Assembly: GCA_036251765.1 (NCBI GenBank)
Contig: JAZANL010000025.1
Coordinates: 667 to 64,666 of the forward strand
Reading direction: 5' to 3'
DNA from: Thermoplasmatota archaeon
GTDB taxonomy: Archaea; Thermoplasmatota; Poseidoniia; Poseidoniales; Thalassarchaeaceae
Length of the DNA stretch: 64,000 nucleotides
Below are positions 39,681 to 49,360 of the stretch, one piece after another. How positions within the stretch are numbered: position 1 is the stretch's first letter; each line of letters opens with the position of its first letter. The notes beneath the pieces are model-generated. The model worked only from the letters and a program-made list of their open reading frames with translations, searched no databases and had not been told where the DNA came from. The translations under genes were made by a program, and so were the position numbers.

Positions 39681-40301
39681 ATGAACGTAGATATGAATGC
39701 AATGAAAGCAGAACTAGGTGGCGCCTTTGTGCTGTCGTGGATGGTGTTTGGAATGGGTCTGGGCACGTTGGAGGGAGCAGTCGCTCTCGCTGTCGTGTGG
39801 ATGGCCTTTTCCGGCGCTCACGTGCTTCCCGTTGTTACCTGGAGTCACATGATGACAGGGGACATGGGCGACACAGAAGGCAACTGGATGCCCAATGGGA
39901 TGCGCTTAGTGGCGCAGGCCCTAGGTGCGATGCTAGCCCTAATGATGGTTACCAAATTTGGTGATCATGAGACTGGGTGGTCGGCAACTGACATGTGGAT
40001 AGCTGACCTGGACGGAGACGCAGTATTGGGAGCAGCGCTTGGTGATACTGGAATTATCGGTATGATAGCAGCAGGTGCAATTTGGTGGCAGATCCACACC
40101 AGGTGCGACAGCGTTTGGGCTAGCGCCTTCGGAATGATGGTTCTCGGCGGGGCGATGACCCTTACCGGGGCCCACGAGATGGGAGCATCATTGGCCAGCT
40201 TCGGTGACGGCATTGTCGACACACTGGTAAACTGGATCTTTGATGGTCTGTTCGTAGGCCTAGGTGCCTTTATTGGCGTAAAGATCGATCAAAGTCTTTG
40301 A
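39681..40301 (+). CDS. Degenerate MIP/aquaporin-like membrane protein
   Basis: AELGGAF, SGAHVLPVVT, LVAQALGA match the MIP first half; no NPA motifs. Confidence 0.6.
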   Translation: MNVDMNAMKAELGGAFVLSWMVFGMGLGTLEGAVALAVVWMAFSGAHVLPVVTWSHMMTGDMGDTEGNWMPNGMRLVAQALGAMLALMMVTKFGDHETGWSATDMWIADLDGDAVLGAALGDTGIIGMIAAGAIWWQIHTRCDSVWASAFGMMVLGGAMTLTGAHEMGASLASFGDGIVDTLVNWIFDGLFVGLGAFIGVKIDQSL

Positions 40302-40334
40302 TGTCATAGTGTATCAACACAAAAACACACGAAA

Positions 40335-40365
40335 GCAGGTCGGGGGGAAAATCTCCCCGGCCTGT
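40335..40365. terminator. GC-rich hairpin between convergent genes
   Basis: GCAGGTCGGGGGGA-AAA-TCTCCCCGGCCTGT (with G-U pairs). Confidence 0.5.
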
Positions 40366-40394
40366 ACACGAAATACCGCCTAGTGACTACTCGC

Positions 40395-40922
40395 TCAACT
40401 ATTGAAGAAATCATTTTCGATTTCAGTAATTTCCTCTCTGGAATAGGCATTACCGTATGCTTCCAGAGGTTTCCTGTTCAGATCCATGAACTGTTCCCCG
40501 AATTCGAATGGCTGTAGAATTCTAGTAGCCTGTTCCTGATAGCCTAGTATGGCCAGAGTAGCTGCCAATGCCTCCACAGAAGACAACCTACCTACCCTTC
40601 CCCAGGAAACGGGGTTTGCAGCTAGCAGTGCTGGCAATTTCCTCCCTACTAGTTTTGTTTTTCCAGATATTTCCTCCAATGACTCATCGATCCTCTTCCA
40701 TGAGCAGTCTAGAACTACAATAGAAGCACCTATCGAGATGAGGGTGCGATCTTCGGGTGCGAGTGTTGTTGGTGATTTCGGATCTAGGAGATACCCCCTC
40801 CTAGGTGCTCTTGATATCGATTCGTGGAATTCTACTAGACCATTGGCATGCATCTTCCTAGCAGTACACTTCCGTGGATCATCCTGATCGAGATGAATCA
40901 CATGGAGGGGGACCTCTTCCAC
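40395..40922 (-). CDS. tsr3: rRNA aminocarboxypropyltransferase Tsr3
   Basis: DQDDPRKCTARK, LDCSW, LLAANPV, LSSVEALAA. Confidence 0.92.
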   Translation of the reverse strand: MEEVPLHVIHLDQDDPRKCTARKMHANGLVEFHESISRAPRRGYLLDPKSPTTLAPEDRTLISIGASIVVLDCSWKRIDESLEEISGKTKLVGRKLPALLAANPVSWGRVGRLSSVEALAATLAILGYQEQATRILQPFEFGEQFMDLNRKPLEAYGNAYSREEITEIENDFFNS

Positions 40923-40926
40923 GAAA

Positions 40927-41508
40927 CTATCTCCTCGATCTAGCACCAGACCGGGAGACTCCTATCCTTCTCCCTTTCTTCTTCTTACTCTTCTTCTTGG
41001 GTTCGGACTCGGGTGAATTATTCGCATCCGAGATGGTCATCTGCCTATCATTATCCGAAGCTACGATTGTATGGGCATGTGAAACTGACTCCACGAATAG
41101 CTTGATGTCTAACGCCTTCGCGAATTTGTTCAGGAGGGAGTCAGTCGGCCTAATGCCATTCTCGGTCTTCTGAATGGTGGCAATCTTTTCGTTCATCCGT
41201 TTGGCAAGCTCTTCCTGTGAGAGCCCTCTATGCTTCCTAGCATTCCTAATTCGCGAATGGAAGTCATTTGCTAGTTCAACCTCATCCTTAGTCATGATAT
41301 CTACTCCAGAGATCCCTTTCCCTGAGACTGAGCTTTGATTCTCAGTTGGGGGCAGATGTGCCGGAGTCCTCACCGCTTCGACAATTAGTCCCATGGATTG
41401 GATGCACCTATTGCAGCACTCGAGCATCGAATTATTTCCAACGGGTTTCGAAATCTTCGCCCTCTTTGTGCTAATTCCCTCAGCCCCACAGAGCTCGCAT
41501 GCACCCAT
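40927..41508 (-). CDS. mbf1: Archaeal multiprotein bridging factor 1 (Zn ribbon + HTH)
   Basis: CELCG..CNRC, IRNARKHRGLSQEELAKRMNEK; divergent from pan. Confidence 0.9.
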   Translation of the reverse strand: MGACELCGAEGISTKRAKISKPVGNNSMLECCNRCIQSMGLIVEAVRTPAHLPPTENQSSVSGKGISGVDIMTKDEVELANDFHSRIRNARKHRGLSQEELAKRMNEKIATIQKTENGIRPTDSLLNKFAKALDIKLFVESVSHAHTIVASDNDRQMTISDANNSPESEPKKKSKKKKGRRIGVSRSGARSRR

Positions 41509-41577
41509 GCATTGCCGTCTCGATTGAACATCATAGTCCTTCGCAGGAGTCATAAGTATCCGTTTAGTGTGCACTAC

Positions 41578-42810
41578 ATGGCATCAGAGGCGAATGAGAA
41601 ACCAACTGGTAACGATCCCCTCGAAAACACAAACTCCCACAAAGACGCTCTAGACCGTCTTTCCAAGGACTACCGCGAGCTCTCCGACAAGGCTCAGCAG
41701 TTATTGACAGAGAAGCTATTCCTGGAGAACGAGCTAACACAACTCAAGAAACGCTCGAATAGGCTCGAGGAAGAGATAAGCAACATTCGAACTCCTCCGT
41801 TAATCATCGGTTACATACAGGACATGGTCAACGAACAGGCGGTTGTCAGGAGTTCCAATGGCACGGTATTTCTAGTGTCAATAAATCGCCGTTTGGATAG
41901 TAAAAAAATCAAACCAGGCACCAGGGTGGCCCTAAATCAGGACACTCTATCCGTAGTGGAGATTCTCTCCGATTCTTGGGATCCGTTAGTTAGCAATGCA
42001 GAGATCATCGACACCCCGGACGTGGACTATTCATCAATAGGAGGCCTTGATAAGCAAATTAAGGAGCTAAAGGAGGCAATAGAGCTCCCTTTCGAAAATC
42101 CTTCAGCATTCTCTGACTTCGGGATAGATCCACCAAAGGGAGTCCTCCTTACCGGGCCCCCGGGAACTGGTAAGACAATGCTCGCCAAGGCAGTTGCAAA
42201 CTCTACCAATGCTGCATTCCTGGGATTGGTCGGTGCAGAACTAGCTCAGAAGTACATCGGCGAGGGGGGAAGAATGGTCAGAGAGCTTTTCGAAATGGCG
42301 AGACAGAAGTCCCCATCGATTATCTTCATCGATGAAATAGACTCCATAGGTTCGAAGCGTCTCGACGTCGCTACATCCGGTGACCGTGAGGTTCAGAGGA
42401 CCTTGATGCAACTCCTTTCTGAGCTTGACGGTTTCGAGAGTCTGGATAATGTCAAGGTTATCGCCGCAACCAATCGCCCTGAACTGCTCGATGCTGCTCT
42501 TCTTCGACCTGGTAGATTTGACAGAATAATCGAGATACCTATTCCAGATCTGGAAGCTAGGGAGGCCATCTACTCTGTACACACCAGTTCCATGCCAATG
42601 GCCAAGGGTTTGGATAACAGAACATTGGCTTCAATGTCAGATGGTTTCAGTGGAGCCGAAATCAAGTCTGCTGTTGTTGAAGCCGGAATATCAGCAATAT
42701 CTAGCGGGCGCAAGTCTGTGAATAAGTCCGACTTCATAGGGGCGATAAAGAAGGTCGAGGACAACAGGAAAGGCCCCACAGAAACCAACTCTGAGGGGAT
42801 ATACGGATAA
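41578..42810 (+). CDS. pan: Proteasome-activating nucleotidase
   Basis: Coiled coil + PP-OB fold, GPPGTGKT, DEID, EVQRTLMQLL, RPGRFDR, C-terminal HbYX (IYG). Confidence 0.95.
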   Translation: MASEANEKPTGNDPLENTNSHKDALDRLSKDYRELSDKAQQLLTEKLFLENELTQLKKRSNRLEEEISNIRTPPLIIGYIQDMVNEQAVVRSSNGTVFLVSINRRLDSKKIKPGTRVALNQDTLSVVEILSDSWDPLVSNAEIIDTPDVDYSSIGGLDKQIKELKEAIELPFENPSAFSDFGIDPPKGVLLTGPPGTGKTMLAKAVANSTNAAFLGLVGAELAQKYIGEGGRMVRELFEMARQKSPSIIFIDEIDSIGSKRLDVATSGDREVQRTLMQLLSELDGFESLDNVKVIAATNRPELLDAALLRPGRFDRIIEIPIPDLEAREAIYSVHTSSMPMAKGLDNRTLASMSDGFSGAEIKSAVVEAGISAISSGRKSVNKSDFIGAIKKVEDNRKGPTETNSEGIYG

Positions 42811-42846
42811 GCAAAATATCTTGACGAGCAGTGACTTCGAACGTCC

Positions 42847-43884
42847 ATGCAGGGAACCCTGGTCGAGTGCGTCCCAAATTTTAGCGAAGGAAGGGACAAG
42901 AACGTAATTGATCAAATCACTAGCCCGATTATTGAGGCATCGGGGGTCTCTCTGCTCGATGTCGACATGGGTCACGATTTCAACAGGACAGTCGTGACGA
43001 TGGTGGGTGAGCCGGAGAGGGTATTGGACACGGTAATCCAGTGTACAAGGGTAGCAACACGACTGATCGATATGAGAGAGCACTCGGGTGAGCATGCAAG
43101 GATGGGCGCAGTAGACGTGGTCCCTTTCATACCAATACGAGGAATTTCCATGGAAGATTGCGTAAAACTTTCTGAAAGATACGCTCAAGCAGTCTCGGAA
43201 GAGCTTGATTTACCAGTCTACCTATATGCCAAAGCAGCAAGAACACCACAACGGCATAGGCTTCCCGATATTCGTAGGGGCCAGTACGAGGGAATGGCCG
43301 AGAAGGTAACTTCTCCAGAATGGGAACCGGACTTTGGACCAGCCGTATTCAAGCCGAAGATGGGGGTAACTGCAACTGGGGCAAGACCCATACTAATTGC
43401 CTATAACGTAAACCTGGATACTGATGATAAAACATTGGCAAACTCGATTGCTTCCAAGATAAGGACAAGTGGATCACTCGTTAAGGACGAGAACGGCGAG
43501 AAGGTCATCGGAGACGACGGCAAGCCGCTCAGAAATCCAGGAATGTTCGAGTCATTACAGGCTGCTGGATGGATGTATGACCCTTCTACTGCACAGGTAT
43601 CGATGAACCTTCTTGATTACGAAGTTACAGGCCTTCATGATGTTACAGAAGCAATACGACTCGAGGCGGAAAAGATTGGACTAAACGTTACTGCTGGGGA
43701 GTTGGTCGGGCTAGTTCCATTGAGCGCCATGAAATCTGCTGGGAATTATTACAATGATGGCAGCGTCAATAATGATGAAAAATCAATCGTCGAAAGGGCG
43801 ATTTCAGGACTCATGCTGGACAGGCTTAGAGATTTTGACCCGCAATCATGCATTATTGAATGGGCAATTGAAAGGGGGACCTGA
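42847..43884 (+). CDS. ftcD: Glutamate formimidoyltransferase
   Basis: LVECVPNFSEGR, HARMGAVDVVPF, LIAYNVNL, QVSMNL. Confidence 0.93.
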   Translation: MQGTLVECVPNFSEGRDKNVIDQITSPIIEASGVSLLDVDMGHDFNRTVVTMVGEPERVLDTVIQCTRVATRLIDMREHSGEHARMGAVDVVPFIPIRGISMEDCVKLSERYAQAVSEELDLPVYLYAKAARTPQRHRLPDIRRGQYEGMAEKVTSPEWEPDFGPAVFKPKMGVTATGARPILIAYNVNLDTDDKTLANSIASKIRTSGSLVKDENGEKVIGDDGKPLRNPGMFESLQAAGWMYDPSTAQVSMNLLDYEVTGLHDVTEAIRLEAEKIGLNVTAGELVGLVPLSAMKSAGNYYNDGSVNNDEKSIVERAISGLMLDRLRDFDPQSCIIEWAIERGT

Positions 43885-43887
43885 AAA

Positions 43888-44508
43888 TTGAATGAAGGGT
43901 ACAAAGAGGTTCTTCGCTCGATCGCCTCGTCTGAACCTACACCGGGGGGTGGTTCAGTTGCCGCCCTTGCTCTGGCGCACGCGCACTCTCTTGCAATGAT
44001 GGTGGCAAGGCTAACTGAGGGCAAGAAGAAGTGGGCAGATGGCCATGAAACAGCTCAATCTGTCATTTCTGAATCACAAGCTGGTCTAGCAGAATCGCTT
44101 CGCCTAGCTGAGATTGATGCGGGGGCATTTGAGTCAGTAATGTCTGCCTATCGCCTTCCCAGGGAGACCGAGGAAGAAAAGGAAATCAGAAAGAAATCGA
44201 TTCGTGATGCGACCATAGGAGCTGCCGAGGCCCCACTTGCTACGGCTTCCTCTGCAAGGAGGCTTTTGTCTAGCCTGGAAAGGCTATGTGAATCATGCAA
44301 TGAAAATGCTCTAACCGATCTAGCATCATCATCAGAACTTTGCCTTTCTGCAGTAAAAATCGCTGCAATGAACGTACGGATAAATCTCGATTTTATCGAT
44401 GGAGATGACGTTGACAGACTTTCATCTCAAATAGATAAAGTCGTTCAACAATCAACTACTTCTGCGGAGGCAATTGCCTTGAAGGTTAACGAAAGGTTGG
44501 GTTGGTGA
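43888..44508 (+). CDS. Formiminotetrahydrofolate cyclodeaminase domain protein
   Basis: PTPGGGSVAAL, MVARLT, AYRLPR, MNVRINL. Confidence 0.9.
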   Translation: MNEGYKEVLRSIASSEPTPGGGSVAALALAHAHSLAMMVARLTEGKKKWADGHETAQSVISESQAGLAESLRLAEIDAGAFESVMSAYRLPRETEEEKEIRKKSIRDATIGAAEAPLATASSARRLLSSLERLCESCNENALTDLASSSELCLSAVKIAAMNVRINLDFIDGDDVDRLSSQIDKVVQQSTTSAEAIALKVNERLGW

Positions 44509-46520
44509 TGGATTACGCAGATTTTACCTATGGCATCCCAAACGAACTTCCACCTTTCAGAGAAATTGATGATTCTGTCCCCCATGCACCAAAAAGGCCT
44601 CAAGTACTAGACGAAAAGGAGAGGAGACTGGCAATAGAAAACTCTCTGAGATACTTCCCTAAAGACTGGCATCACATTCTGGGACCTGAGTTTCTTGAAG
44701 AGCTAGAAAGATTAGGCCACATATACATGCACAGATTTAGGCCAAATTACGACATGTTAGCAAGACCGATTTCGCAATATAGATGCAATAGTAAGAAGGC
44801 TGCTTCTATAATGCTAATGATCCAGAATAATCTGGATCCAAAAGTTGCCCAGTACCCACATGAATTAATCACATATGGTGGAAATGGAGGCGTTTTTCAG
44901 AATTGGGCACAGTACCTGATTACTATGGGTTATCTTAGTAAAATGAATGAAGATCAGACTCTAGTCATGTATTCTGGCCATCCGCTAGGCCTATTCCCTT
45001 CCAGCAATGATTCACCGATGGTAGTTGTCACAAACGGGATGGTTATTCCAAACTACTCGTCCCAGAACGATTACGAGAGAATGAGTGCATTGGGTGTCTC
45101 CCAGTACGGCCAGATGACTGCAGGCTCTTACATGTATATTGGGCCCCAAGGAATCGTCCACGGGACTACGATAACCATATTGAATGCTGCAAGGAAGTAC
45201 CTAGGCAAAACATCAGATCAGGATCTGGGCGGGGTCTTGTACGTTACTTCAGGTCTAGGGGGGATGTCTGGTGCTCAGGCGAAGGCTGCAGTGATTGCAG
45301 GTGCGGTTTGCGTAATTGCCGAGATTGATCCAATACCAGCACACAAGCGGCACTCACAGGGCTGGCTATCTGAGTTATACGAGGACTTGGAGGATCTAAG
45401 CACTCGAGTCGAGCAGGCCATCTCGATGAAAGAAGCCGTCTCACTGGGATATTTGGGCAACATAGTAGATTTGCTGGAGCATCTAGTGGAAAAGGGCATA
45501 ACTCCAGAGTTAGCTAGCGATCAAACCAGCCTCCACAATCCTTGGTTGGGTGGATACATGCCTGCCGGCCTATCCTTCGAAGATGGTTTGAGTATGATAG
45601 AGAATGACCCAGAAGAATTCAAGAAACACGTCCAGGAGTCACTTAGGAGGCAGGTATCTGCAATAAACACCCTAACTGACAGGGGTACGCGTTTTTGGGA
45701 CTATGGAAACGCCTTCCTTCTCGAGTCTAGACGTGCCGGAGCCGATGTCACAACAGCTGATGGCTCATTCAGATACCCGTCCTATGTAGAGGATATAATG
45801 GGGCCAATGTGCTTCGACTATGGTTTCGGGCCATTCAGGTGGGTTTGTACTTCGGGAAGCGATGCTGATCTGCAAACTACCGACAAGATAGCAATGCAAG
45901 TTCTGCAAAGACTCTCTTCAGAATGTTCCGAAGACATTAGAACACAGTACCTAGATAACATCAAATGGATCAAAGAAGCAGAAAATCATGAGCTCGTAGT
46001 GGGCAGCAAAGCACGAATTTTGTATGCTGATGAAGTGGGTAGGAGAACCATTGCTAGTGAATTCAACAATGCTATTTCCAATGGTTTGGTATCCGCGCCA
46101 ATAGTATTAGGCAGGGATCACCATGATGTGGGAGGTACTGATAGCCCCTTCAGAGAAACTGCCAACATTTACGATGGCTCAATGTTCACTGCAGATATGG
46201 CCGTGCATAATTTCGTTGGGGACTCTTTCAGAGGGGCAACTTGGATCAGCCTACACAATGGAGGCGGAGTTGGCTGGGGAGAGGTTGTTAACGGCGGTTT
46301 TGGAATGGTTATCGATGGTTCAGAAACAGCTCAGATCAATATCGATTCAATGATCTCTTGGGATGTCAATAATGGTATTGCAAGAAGGTCTTGGGCCAGG
46401 AATGCCGGTGCCATATCAGCAATTAATCGAGCCATGGATTCAGACAGTAGGCTAGAGGTCACCATCCCTGAGATAGTTGATGAAAACATGTTGGACAACA
46501 TGTTCGATGACTCTATTTGA
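44508..46520 (+). CDS. hutU: Urocanate hydratase (long form)
   Basis: QNNLDP, YGQMTAGS, GLGGMSGAQ, SDQTSLHN, GRDHHD, HNGGGVGWG. Confidence 0.96.
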   Translation: MDYADFTYGIPNELPPFREIDDSVPHAPKRPQVLDEKERRLAIENSLRYFPKDWHHILGPEFLEELERLGHIYMHRFRPNYDMLARPISQYRCNSKKAASIMLMIQNNLDPKVAQYPHELITYGGNGGVFQNWAQYLITMGYLSKMNEDQTLVMYSGHPLGLFPSSNDSPMVVVTNGMVIPNYSSQNDYERMSALGVSQYGQMTAGSYMYIGPQGIVHGTTITILNAARKYLGKTSDQDLGGVLYVTSGLGGMSGAQAKAAVIAGAVCVIAEIDPIPAHKRHSQGWLSELYEDLEDLSTRVEQAISMKEAVSLGYLGNIVDLLEHLVEKGITPELASDQTSLHNPWLGGYMPAGLSFEDGLSMIENDPEEFKKHVQESLRRQVSAINTLTDRGTRFWDYGNAFLLESRRAGADVTTADGSFRYPSYVEDIMGPMCFDYGFGPFRWVCTSGSDADLQTTDKIAMQVLQRLSSECSEDIRTQYLDNIKWIKEAENHELVVGSKARILYADEVGRRTIASEFNNAISNGLVSAPIVLGRDHHDVGGTDSPFRETANIYDGSMFTADMAVHNFVGDSFRGATWISLHNGGGVGWGEVVNGGFGMVIDGSETAQINIDSMISWDVNNGIARRSWARNAGAISAINRAMDSDSRLEVTIPEIVDENMLDNMFDDSI

Positions 46521-46540
46521 CCGAATAGCCTCGCAGTCAT

Positions 46541-48067
46541 ATGGCACATATTGCTATTGACGGTAATTCTCTTACACTTGAGTCAGCATTAGCAATAGCA
46601 AAAGGTACTGCAACAGCCTTTCTGCCTGCATCATCTAGGGAAAAGATGCAAGATTCTCGTGATGCGGTAGAAGATGTATTGGAGTCAAAGAATGTCGTGT
46701 ACGGAATAAATACAGGCTTTGGAGCACTATCATCTGTAGTGATAGAAAATGAACAACTCGAGACACTGCAGGAGAACCTCGTGAGAAGTCATGCTTGTGG
46801 GATAGGAGAGCGGATGGAGCCAGAAACCGTCCTCCTAATGATGGTTTTTCGAGCAAATTCGCTCGCCAGAGGAGTCTCCGGGTCAAGGCCCGATATCGTC
46901 GAACTAATCCTCTCCATGGTTAACTCGAGAATCGCACCAGTAGTCCCTAGGATTGGTTCTTTAGGGGCATCAGGAGATCTCGCACCACTTTCTCATATGA
47001 CACTAGGCATGATGGGCGAAGGCCAAAGCCATAGATTCGTGGCAGGCCAATGGGAGCTCGCCGATTCAGGAGTTGCATTATCCGATGCAGGATTGAGCCC
47101 AATCAAGTTACAGGCTAAGGAAGGACTCTCTCTGATTAATGGAACTAGCCAAATGTGTGCCTACCTGACATGCACGGTCATCAACATGGAAACACTATGC
47201 TTAGCAGCCGATGCATCAATAGCTTGCTCACTGGAGGCGATCAAAGGATCTCACAAGCCTTTCGACCGTAGGATCCACGACTCTAGGCCACATTTGGGAC
47301 AGTCTATTTCAGCTGCTAGAATCTCCGAACTCGTCTCCAACTCAGAAATTATGCTTTCACATATCGATTGTGATCGTGTACAGGATGCCTACTGCTTCCG
47401 ATGCTCCCCCCAGGTTCATGGTCCCGTAATAGACATGATACGGGAAGTTCGAAGAATCCTCGAGATTGAGATTAACAGTGCCACCGATAACCCATTGGTA
47501 TTTGTCGATGATGATGGTAGTGCAGATATTATCAGTGGAGGTAATTTTCATGGTCAGAACCTCTCATTAGCCAGTGATTCAATTGCAATAGCGTGCCACG
47601 AATTAGCAAGTATTTCTGAACGCAGGATTAACCAGTTGCTAGATCCGAACTGGAGTGGTCAGCATGCATTCTTAGCAAAAAACGAGGGGTTAGAGAGCGG
47701 TTTGATGATTGTGCAGTATGTCGCTGCTGCAGTAATAGCCGAGCTTCATTTGCTAGCCAACCCAGTTTCAACAAGCAACGTCCCTGTGAGCATGGGCAAG
47801 GAAGACCATGTTTCCATGGGTGCTACTGGAGCATATAGGGCGCTCCAATCATCAATCCTTCTATCTCAGGTACTAGCAAATGAGCTAGTCTGCTCTACAG
47901 AAGCTCTCGACGGCGTCTCAGAGTCACCAGGGACAGGAGTAGCCAAAGTTGCCGAGTGGGTCCGGAAGCATGTGAGCAAGCTAAATGGCGATCGCTCACT
48001 TACAACAGAATGTGAGGCCCTGTCCACAGCCATTCTCGATGGTGGTTTAACTAGTATTTTCGGGTGA
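46541..48067 (+). CDS. hutH: Histidine ammonia-lyase
   Basis: YGINTGFG, GSLGASGDLAPL (MIO), NSATDNP, GGNFHG, EDHVSMG. Confidence 0.95.
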   Translation: MAHIAIDGNSLTLESALAIAKGTATAFLPASSREKMQDSRDAVEDVLESKNVVYGINTGFGALSSVVIENEQLETLQENLVRSHACGIGERMEPETVLLMMVFRANSLARGVSGSRPDIVELILSMVNSRIAPVVPRIGSLGASGDLAPLSHMTLGMMGEGQSHRFVAGQWELADSGVALSDAGLSPIKLQAKEGLSLINGTSQMCAYLTCTVINMETLCLAADASIACSLEAIKGSHKPFDRRIHDSRPHLGQSISAARISELVSNSEIMLSHIDCDRVQDAYCFRCSPQVHGPVIDMIREVRRILEIEINSATDNPLVFVDDDGSADIISGGNFHGQNLSLASDSIAIACHELASISERRINQLLDPNWSGQHAFLAKNEGLESGLMIVQYVAAAVIAELHLLANPVSTSNVPVSMGKEDHVSMGATGAYRALQSSILLSQVLANELVCSTEALDGVSESPGTGVAKVAEWVRKHVSKLNGDRSLTTECEALSTAILDGGLTSIFG

Positions 48068-48083
48068 TATCATTCAAGAAAAA

Positions 48084-48794
48084 TTGCACATGCAACGACA
48101 TCCTGGGACCGATCCCCCATCATTTACGAGCAGAGTTTTGGCGACTGAAGGCGACTCTATCATTTTGGAAGAAACACATTGCTATCCAAGGGGAGGCGGG
48201 CAACCAGGAGATACAGGTTTGTTTAGATTGGAAGATGGCGCCACCGTCAAACTAGATGAGGTTCTACCTGGCGAAATGATTCTGCATCCTGTGGAAGAGA
48301 TTCAAAAGTTCTCAAAGGGCCAGAAAGTAAAATGCGAAATTGACGTGATTAGAAGGAACGGTCACACTATGATGCACACTGCTCAACATATCTTCTCTGC
48401 GTTAGCCGAAGACTTGTGGGGGTGTGAGACCGTTGGAAACCAGATTGGTGCTGATCAATCTAGAGTAGACCTACTTTTTGACGACAAGGAGTTATTCAAC
48501 CCGGAACAGCTAATTGAAAATGTGAATTCAGTACTCTCCTCAAATATTCCAGTGAACATTCACGAATGGGAGCGTGATAAGATTCTGGGGCATGAGAAAA
48601 TGAGACATACGAAGTTTATGCACAGAATCCCTTCATCAATAACTCATCTGCGTGTCGTCGAAGTAGAAGGGATAGATCTTTGCCCCTGTGCAGGTACTCA
48701 TGTTTCAAATACGTCGCAAATCCCACGCGTCAGGTTTCTGGGAAAGAAGAACAAGGGCAAGGGGAGACTCCGTGTTTCCTATGATTTTGAATAA
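48084..48794 (+). CDS. alaX: AlaX trans-editing protein
   Basis: YPRGGGQPGDTG, MHTAQH, CAGTHV. Confidence 0.9.
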   Translation: MHMQRHPGTDPPSFTSRVLATEGDSIILEETHCYPRGGGQPGDTGLFRLEDGATVKLDEVLPGEMILHPVEEIQKFSKGQKVKCEIDVIRRNGHTMMHTAQHIFSALAEDLWGCETVGNQIGADQSRVDLLFDDKELFNPEQLIENVNSVLSSNIPVNIHEWERDKILGHEKMRHTKFMHRIPSSITHLRVVEVEGIDLCPCAGTHVSNTSQIPRVRFLGKKNKGKGRLRVSYDFE

Positions 48795-48818
48795 TACAAT
48801 AGATAGAATAGATTCTAT

Positions 48819-48894
48819 TGGTGGGCTCGGCAGGAATTGAACCTGCGATCTTCGCCATGTCAAGGCGACGTCATAACCCCTAGACCACGAGCCC
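48819..48894 (-). tRNA. tRNA-Val(GAC), CCA encoded
   Basis: GGGCTCG..TCGCC-TTGACAT-GGCGA..GTTCAATTC..CGAGCCC-A-CCA. Confidence 0.96.
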
Positions 48895-48938
48895 GGCTCT
48901 CCTTCGAATTGTCTTCCACTCAAGAATCATTCTGAAGG

Positions 48939-49094
48939 CTATGAAACAATCTTGGAGATGCGTCCACCGCATCCATCGATGGAACATTCCCCTGCAACCC
49001 GTGTCCTTCCATTACTCATCACGATCAGCTTAGGTAGAAAAATTGGAACGTAAGTTTTGCATTTCATACAGAACCCATTGTATTCCGAAGACAT
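48939..49094 (-). CDS. 51-aa zinc-ribbon protein (DUF5679-like), not in ORF track
   Basis: MSSEYNGFCMKCKTYVPIFLPKLIVMSNGRTRVAGECSIDGCGGRISKIVS*; GGTGA upstream. Confidence 0.78.
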   Translation of the reverse strand: MSSEYNGFCMKCKTYVPIFLPKLIVMSNGRTRVAGECSIDGCGGRISKIVS

Positions 49095-49360
49095 GATCTC
49101 TGCACCACTCACCCAACTTCAATATTTCACTTCCAGGAGGGGGGTTTTAGGCAAATTATGCATATTTCTACGAAAACGAGATACTGCGGCTATGTTTAGC
49201 AATTCTAGATATTTTCAATTTCTGATAACGTAGGTTATCAGTAAGAAAACCAGCGGAATATTCTGCATTTTCGAAATATTCTGGAGATGAAGAGTTATTG
49301 CGAAGAAATATTGAAAAACGTGCTACATTAAATCAGACATATATATTTTCTCTAGTAGAA

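Noticed and set aside
48819..49360. Integrated element at tRNA-Val or tRNA-Lys
   Set aside because: No integrase, no duplicated tRNA 3' end seen, and flanking genes are housekeeping or metabolic
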